From: Caldisphaera sp.
GTDB lineage: Archaea; Thermoproteota; Thermoprotei_A; Sulfolobales; Acidilobaceae
Length of the DNA: 64,000 nucleotides
Assembly (NCBI RefSeq): GCF_023256325.1
Contig: NZ_JAGDXI010000006.1
Span: 47,091 to 111,090 of the forward strand
Direction of reading: 5' to 3'
Shown here: positions 60,190 through 64,000 of the stretch, piece by piece
Layout: every line of letters starts with the position of its first letter
Numbering within the stretch: the first letter of the stretch is position 1
Program-made: the position numbers and the translations under genes
The notes under the pieces: model-generated
Databases searched by the model: none
What the model saw: the letters and a program-made list of their open reading frames with translations, nothing else
What the model was told of the DNA's origin: nothing

Positions 60190-62316
60190 GTGAAAAAAAT
60201 GGCAACATTAAAATTTGACGAGTCGAAATTTAAAACTTTATCCTTTCACCCATATAAAAGAAGATTTTTTAAAGATGGATGTATTTATTCAGACTATGGC
60301 AAATTATGTTATTCATTGGTTGATGATGGTATTTTAAGGATTGGCAATAGAATTAATGGAAACGTAAATAGTTCATTTACTACAAATAGCTATAGAGTTC
60401 ATTTACTACCAAAATTGCTAATCTTTAATAATGATAAGGTTCTTGAAGAGTGGGGAACTGGAGAAAATGAAGGAGAGAGACCATGGTTTGATCCATTGTT
60501 TGATCCTTCATTAGAATGGTATGATAAGACAACAATAACAACTGGCGTTTTAACTTGTAAAGATGGTAAAACTTGTTTTTCCTTTTCCGTATCTTTATCT
60601 GGCGATGAACCTATATATGGCTTGGGTGAGCATTTTGGACATATAAATAAAAGGGGTTATGATTTTATAACCTGGGCTTCAGATATGCCTTCAACTCCTA
60701 ATTATGCAACCTATATTCCAATACCCTTCATATGGTCTGTAAAGGGTTGGGGTCTTTTAATAAACAGTTCTTCACCAGTTTATTTTGATATAGGAAAAAC
60801 TTCTTATGATAGGCTTTTAATTATAACAAGGGATTATTTCGATTCATATCTATTTTTAGGTAATGTAAAGGAAATATTTAAGAAATTATATAGTATAACA
60901 GGTAAACCAAAAAATGAATTACCTAAGTGGAGCTTTGGTTTTTGGCAGAGCAAATGCGCCTATAGAAATCAGGATGAAGTATTAAGTGTTGCAGAAGAAT
61001 TAAGAAAAAGAGATTTTCCAAGTGACGTTATTCATATAGACCCTCCATGGATGGGAAACTGGGATAAATTCAGTTGCGATACAGTGGATTTAGAATGGGA
61101 TAAAAAAGCATTTCCAAATCCTGATGAAATGATAGAAAAATTACATAAAATGGGATTCAAGCTTTCTTTATGGATAAACCCTTATATAGAGCCTGGGACA
61201 AAGTTATGGAATATTATGAAAGATAAGCTGTTAAAATCATCAAATGGAGGCCATGCAGTTCCTCTAGCAGATTGCCAAAAAAGAGAAAATGCTGGAATAC
61301 CGGATCTGTTTGATGAAGAAGGCTTTTCAAGGTATAAAAAAGTCTTAAAGGAGCTAGTTTTAAAATATGCTGATGTAATTAAAGCCGATTATGGAGAAGC
61401 AATACCTTTTGATGCAATATCAAAAAGTTTAAGAGGGGAGGAACTTCACAACCTTTTTCCCTTATATTATATGAGAGCTGTTTATGAGGCAACTAAAGAG
61501 AATAAAGGATATGGAATAGTTTGGGGTAGATCTGGCTATACAAGTATTTGGCAATATCCATTAAACTGGGGAGGTGATCCTCCATCAACTTGGGAAGGAC
61601 TTAGGCAGGCTTTAAGAGGACTTTTATCTTTTCATTCATCAGGAGGAATTTTTGCATCATTTGATATTGGAGGTTTTATTGGAAAACCAAGTGAAGAACT
61701 TTACATAAGGTGGTTGCAAGCAGGTATAATGATAAGTCATGTAAGAGCCCATGGAAATAGCGAGAGAGAACCATGGAAGTATAATGAAGAAATAACTAAA
61801 AAAATGATAAAATTAAGATATAAGCTATTACCATACATATATAGTGAATCCATAAGATCTATAAAAGAAGAGACTCCTCTTATTAGGCCATTGTTCTTTG
61901 AAAATGATGATCCTAACACTTATAATATAGATGACGAGTTTTATTTAGGTAATAGTCTATTGGTTGCACCTATAATGGAAAAAGGAGGTAAGAGAAAAGT
62001 CTATTTGCCAGAGGGTTACTATATTGAATTTTTTTCAAATAAGTATTTTGAAGGAGGAAAATGGTATAATTTATCTTATAATTTAGATGAGTTTCCATTA
62101 TTTGTTAAGCTAAACTCAATTATTCCAATGCTAAAGAATGAAATCTCTTATATAGAAGAAAAGATGTTTAATAATATAGAATTTCACGTATATGGAAATA
62201 ATGCAAAAATGGATTATTATGATAAAGGAGTTGAGGCTGAAATAATATGCAAAAATAAAGAATGCAAAACAATTAACTTACCAAAAGATATTGAGTATGT
62301 TTTTGTTTACCATTAA
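60190..62316 (+). CDS. GH31 alpha-glucosidase/alpha-xylosidase
   Basis: 708 aa. GH31 regions DVIHIDPPWM, nucleophile region VIKADYGE, acid/base region NWGGDPPS. Confidence 0.85.
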   Translation: MKKMATLKFDESKFKTLSFHPYKRRFFKDGCIYSDYGKLCYSLVDDGILRIGNRINGNVNSSFTTNSYRVHLLPKLLIFNNDKVLEEWGTGENEGERPWFDPLFDPSLEWYDKTTITTGVLTCKDGKTCFSFSVSLSGDEPIYGLGEHFGHINKRGYDFITWASDMPSTPNYATYIPIPFIWSVKGWGLLINSSSPVYFDIGKTSYDRLLIITRDYFDSYLFLGNVKEIFKKLYSITGKPKNELPKWSFGFWQSKCAYRNQDEVLSVAEELRKRDFPSDVIHIDPPWMGNWDKFSCDTVDLEWDKKAFPNPDEMIEKLHKMGFKLSLWINPYIEPGTKLWNIMKDKLLKSSNGGHAVPLADCQKRENAGIPDLFDEEGFSRYKKVLKELVLKYADVIKADYGEAIPFDAISKSLRGEELHNLFPLYYMRAVYEATKENKGYGIVWGRSGYTSIWQYPLNWGGDPPSTWEGLRQALRGLLSFHSSGGIFASFDIGGFIGKPSEELYIRWLQAGIMISHVRAHGNSEREPWKYNEEITKKMIKLRYKLLPYIYSESIRSIKEETPLIRPLFFENDDPNTYNIDDEFYLGNSLLVAPIMEKGGKRKVYLPEGYYIEFFSNKYFEGGKWYNLSYNLDEFPLFVKLNSIIPMLKNEISYIEEKMFNNIEFHVYGNNAKMDYYDKGVEAEIICKNKECKTINLPKDIEYVFVYH

Positions 62317-62324
62317 ATTATTCA

Positions 62325-62516
62325 ACAATGTACTGCTAGATTTTCATATCCAGTTGGAACAATCACAACAATTTTCTTTATACCTGTATTTCTCAATATT
62401 TCAACGCTGTAATCTAATAATTACCTTCCTACAACTTCCAAAAAAGATTTTGATTTTCCTTTTGTTAAAGGCAAGGGCTTTTTGCCATATCCTTCAGCCA
62501 AAACTACTCTCAGCAT
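62325..62516 (-). pseudogene. Pseudogene fragment: 5' ~60 codons of a paralog of the nucleotidyltransferase gene at 32494..33645
   Basis: The plus-strand sequence aligns directly with 33440-33650. It translates MLRVVLAEGYGKKPLPLTKGKSKSFLEVVGR*LLDYSVEILRNTGIKKIVVIVPTGYEN, versus MLGVVLAGGYGKRLLPLTKEKPKSFLEIGGRQLFDYSVEILRNAGIKRIVVIVPPGYEN. In-frame TAA at 62421-62423, then truncated. Confidence 0.75.
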
Positions 62517-62520
62517 TACC

Positions 62521-62576
62521 CTACTCAACAGTTTCAGTTTTAGCCAAATTCCACTGGCTTATCCAGATTATAACCG
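62521..62576 (-). pseudogene. Pseudogene fragment: 3' end of a glmS paralog
   Basis: Aligns with 33656-33712 (cagttttagccaaatt..., ggcttatc.agattataacc). A 1-nt indel breaks ...GYNPDKPRNLAKTVTVE into GYNLDKPVEFG*. Confidence 0.6.
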
Positions 62577-62625
62577 TTTGTCCCTACACTTTCATTTCAA
62601 CCATCTTACCTTCATTCATGATCTA

Positions 62626-62766
62626 GCGTAGGGACTTAGTCCTCGGCCTCACGCTCAGGGAACATCACGTGCAGGTCATGGGACTCCTTCGAGCCTAACG
62701 GTACGGGACTCACATATCTGCTTTACCTTACCTTTTAGACATAGCCCACATCGGTATGGGGGTGTC
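62626..62766. ncRNA. Unclassified GC-rich island, candidate structured RNA (strand undetermined)
   Basis: 53 of 89 nt are G+C over 62626-62714 (hand count), against AT-rich flanks. Several short hairpins. No ORF. A TATA-like element lies on the minus side (62779-62790) and a T-rich tract on the plus side (62766-62773). Confidence 0.35.
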
Positions 62767-62899
62767 TTTATTTAGAGCTATTATAAAAAGATTTAAAAAC
62801 ATTTCTGCTAACATGAAAAAGGATTCGCACTATTAATGCATAAGATTTTTATTAACATATTTATACTTTCTTTAAATTAATTAACTTATAGGTGAAAAA

Positions 62900-63778
62900 A
62901 TGGTTTCAATGCTAATAACTGGGTCATCAATATTCACAGGAAAAGAATTGATAAGAGATGGCTACGTTTTCATTGAAGATGGTAAAATAAAAGAAGTTGG
63001 AATTCAGCCAGTTCCTGATGAAATAAGTGAACCTTCTTTAGTTTTAGGAGGAAAAGGTAGGATTATTGCTCCGTCTCTAACAGCTATAGCAGATATATCA
63101 ACCTTCTTAATCAGATTTTTTAATTTAAAGATGAACAAAAGAATAGAATTGTACAAGATGCTTAGTAAAAAGGACTTGTTTACTTTATCTTTGCCAAGCA
63201 TTTATGAGCTAAACATGCATGGAGTTACAACAATATTTGCTGAGTCTATAGACGTTTCGTATATCATTGATCTTCAAGATAAATTAGGAGGATTCTTTGG
63301 CATAGCTGCGCCATCTTGTATGGATAATATATCAGTACCACCAAGCCTCAGTGGAAAAATAGAAGTTAGCGGCTATGGTTGTGATGGAAAAGGAATTAGT
63401 GAGGATTCTAATGATTACTTAACATTATTAGGCAAGAGAAGTTATAATTTATCAAAAATAGAAAATGTTTATGAAAAAAGCGAAAAGATAAGGGCTTTAG
63501 CCGGTTTACCTCCAAATATAATAAAGGAAAACAATAAAGCTGAAATTGTTGTTTATGATACGTCTAGACCACCAGCGATGAATTATTATAAAGGAACATT
63601 AGATTATATAAAAAATATATATAATGAAAACGCAATAATAGAAAGCCTCTTAGCTGGAGAAGACGTTTTAATAGATATAGGAGGCCATTTAAGGATAGGT
63701 CAAAAACATCTAAGCGAAGCCGAAAGTCTTATAGAAAAAATAGTTAATAATGCAAAATTTCAACAAATTTTAGCTTAG
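62900..63778 (+). CDS. Amidohydrolase-like protein lacking the metal-binding HxH motif
   Basis: 292 aa. N-terminal ITGSSIFTGKELIRDGYVFIEDGKIKEVG resembles the amidohydrolase beta-sandwich. Where PGxIDxHxH is expected it reads APSLTAIADIS. Confidence 0.45.
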   Translation: MVSMLITGSSIFTGKELIRDGYVFIEDGKIKEVGIQPVPDEISEPSLVLGGKGRIIAPSLTAIADISTFLIRFFNLKMNKRIELYKMLSKKDLFTLSLPSIYELNMHGVTTIFAESIDVSYIIDLQDKLGGFFGIAAPSCMDNISVPPSLSGKIEVSGYGCDGKGISEDSNDYLTLLGKRSYNLSKIENVYEKSEKIRALAGLPPNIIKENNKAEIVVYDTSRPPAMNYYKGTLDYIKNIYNENAIIESLLAGEDVLIDIGGHLRIGQKHLSEAESLIEKIVNNAKFQQILA

Positions 63779-64000
63779 ATTCAATTTCATCTAAATAAGG
63801 CATGTTACTGCTTCCCAACTTTTCTACTTTAGCAGATCCAGCCGATATGGCATATTTTAATGCCTCATTAATATCACCTGTGCTTTTATAAAAAATGTTA
63901 AAGGATGCATTAAAGGCATCTCCTGCACCAGTTGGATCAATCTGATTTATTGTAGTCTCTATTTTACCTAAAATTTTTTTGTTTTTGTTTATAATTTCCG
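63744..64000 (-). CDS. PfkB-family sugar kinase, C-terminal part (5' end outside window)
   Basis: The minus frame is open from the window edge to TAA (63744-63746): ...IDPTGAGDAFNASFNIFYKSTGDINEALKYAISAGSAKVEKLGSSNMPY.... DPTGAGDAF is the PfkB signature. Absent from the ORF track because the start lies outside the window. Confidence 0.7.
   Translation of the reverse strand, partial: EIINKNKKILGKIETTINQIDPTGAGDAFNASFNIFYKSTGDINEALKYAISAGSAKVEKLGSSNMPYLDEIESKLKFVEILHY

Noticed and set aside
62291-62626. 111-aa plus-strand ORF immediately after the GH31 gene.
   Set aside because: It runs antisense across the decayed glmS/nucleotidyltransferase duplicate. Its open frame is a by-product of that relic, and the composition is not protein-like.
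62626-62766. Attempted to read the GC-rich island as a tRNA (either strand, with or without intron), RNase P RNA (minus-strand GAGGACUAAGUCC vaguely recalls CR-I GAGGAAAGUCC) or SRP RNA.
   Set aside because: No acceptor stem, T-arm (GTTCRAATC-like) or anticodon arm could be built. The island is far too short for RNase P or SRP RNA, and the GC-rich sequence does not continue. It is kept only as an unclassified candidate RNA.
3305-63201. About 35 short ORFs (60-126 aa) in the ORF track that lie antisense to, or out of frame within, longer well-supported genes. Examples: 3305..3550, 4766..5065, 9807..10079, 17315..17620, 18225..18497, 28553..28813, 36527..36907, 42616..42879, 59167..59409, 63004..63201.
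   Set aside because: Each is fully embedded in a longer ORF with clear family motifs. Their products are low-complexity (I/L/F/S/N-rich) with no recognisable motifs. This is typical antisense read-through noise, so I did not annotate them as genes.
1-64000. Looked for CRISPR arrays, rRNA genes, intact IS elements or integrases, toxin-antitoxin pairs and recognisable defence islands.
   Set aside because: I saw no regularly spaced 24-40 bp repeats, no long GC-rich rRNA-like tracts, no transposase or integrase ORFs and no small paired ORFs.

Overview
This is a very AT-rich window (roughly 30% GC by eye, not computed) of densely packed archaeal chromosome. Gene content is Sulfolobales-like crenarchaeal. 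I support about 55 protein genes, mostly on the minus strand and often overlapping by a few nt.

Landmarks:
- A complete crenarchaeal archaellum operon, arlB-(gap)-arlX-arlG-arlF-arlH-arlI-arlJ, at 36.2-44.8 kb.
- A maltose/maltodextrin-type cluster at 53.5-62.3 kb: sugar ABC transporter, GH13 amylase and GH31 glucosidase. From memory its position relative to the archaellum genes resembles S. acidocaldarius.
- glmS plus a sugar-1-P nucleotidyl/acetyltransferase, panB-panE, a PCNA subunit, and a UbiA-type DGGGP synthase.
- A HerA-like/NurA-like pair, pyrrolidone-carboxylate peptidase, proline iminopeptidase, deoC, UbiD, a family III CoA-transferase, five MFS transporters, an APC permease and a CPA2 antiporter.

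I found no rRNA, convincing tRNA, CRISPR array or intact IS element, and no obvious defence island.

The most unusual observations:
1. A 391-aa intein with a non-canonical ...ED|T C-terminal junction and a decayed homing endonuclease, inside the archaellum ATPase ArlI.
2. An apparently split arlX. Its membrane-anchor ORF and soluble body overlap by 118 nt and can be joined by a -1 shift at an A7 run.
3. An opposite-strand pilin-like gene separating arlB from the rest of the operon.
4. A non-canonical HerA/NurA module not linked to mre11/rad50.
5. A ~140-nt island of ~60% GC at 62.63-62.77 kb that looks like a structured RNA. It sits next to a decayed duplicate of the glmS/nucleotidyltransferase junction found 29 kb away.
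6. A 52-nt C/D-box sRNA candidate with compensatory K-turn changes.
7. A 630-bp non-coding stretch of gene debris.

All functional calls rest on motif recognition in the translated ORFs. No database search was possible.
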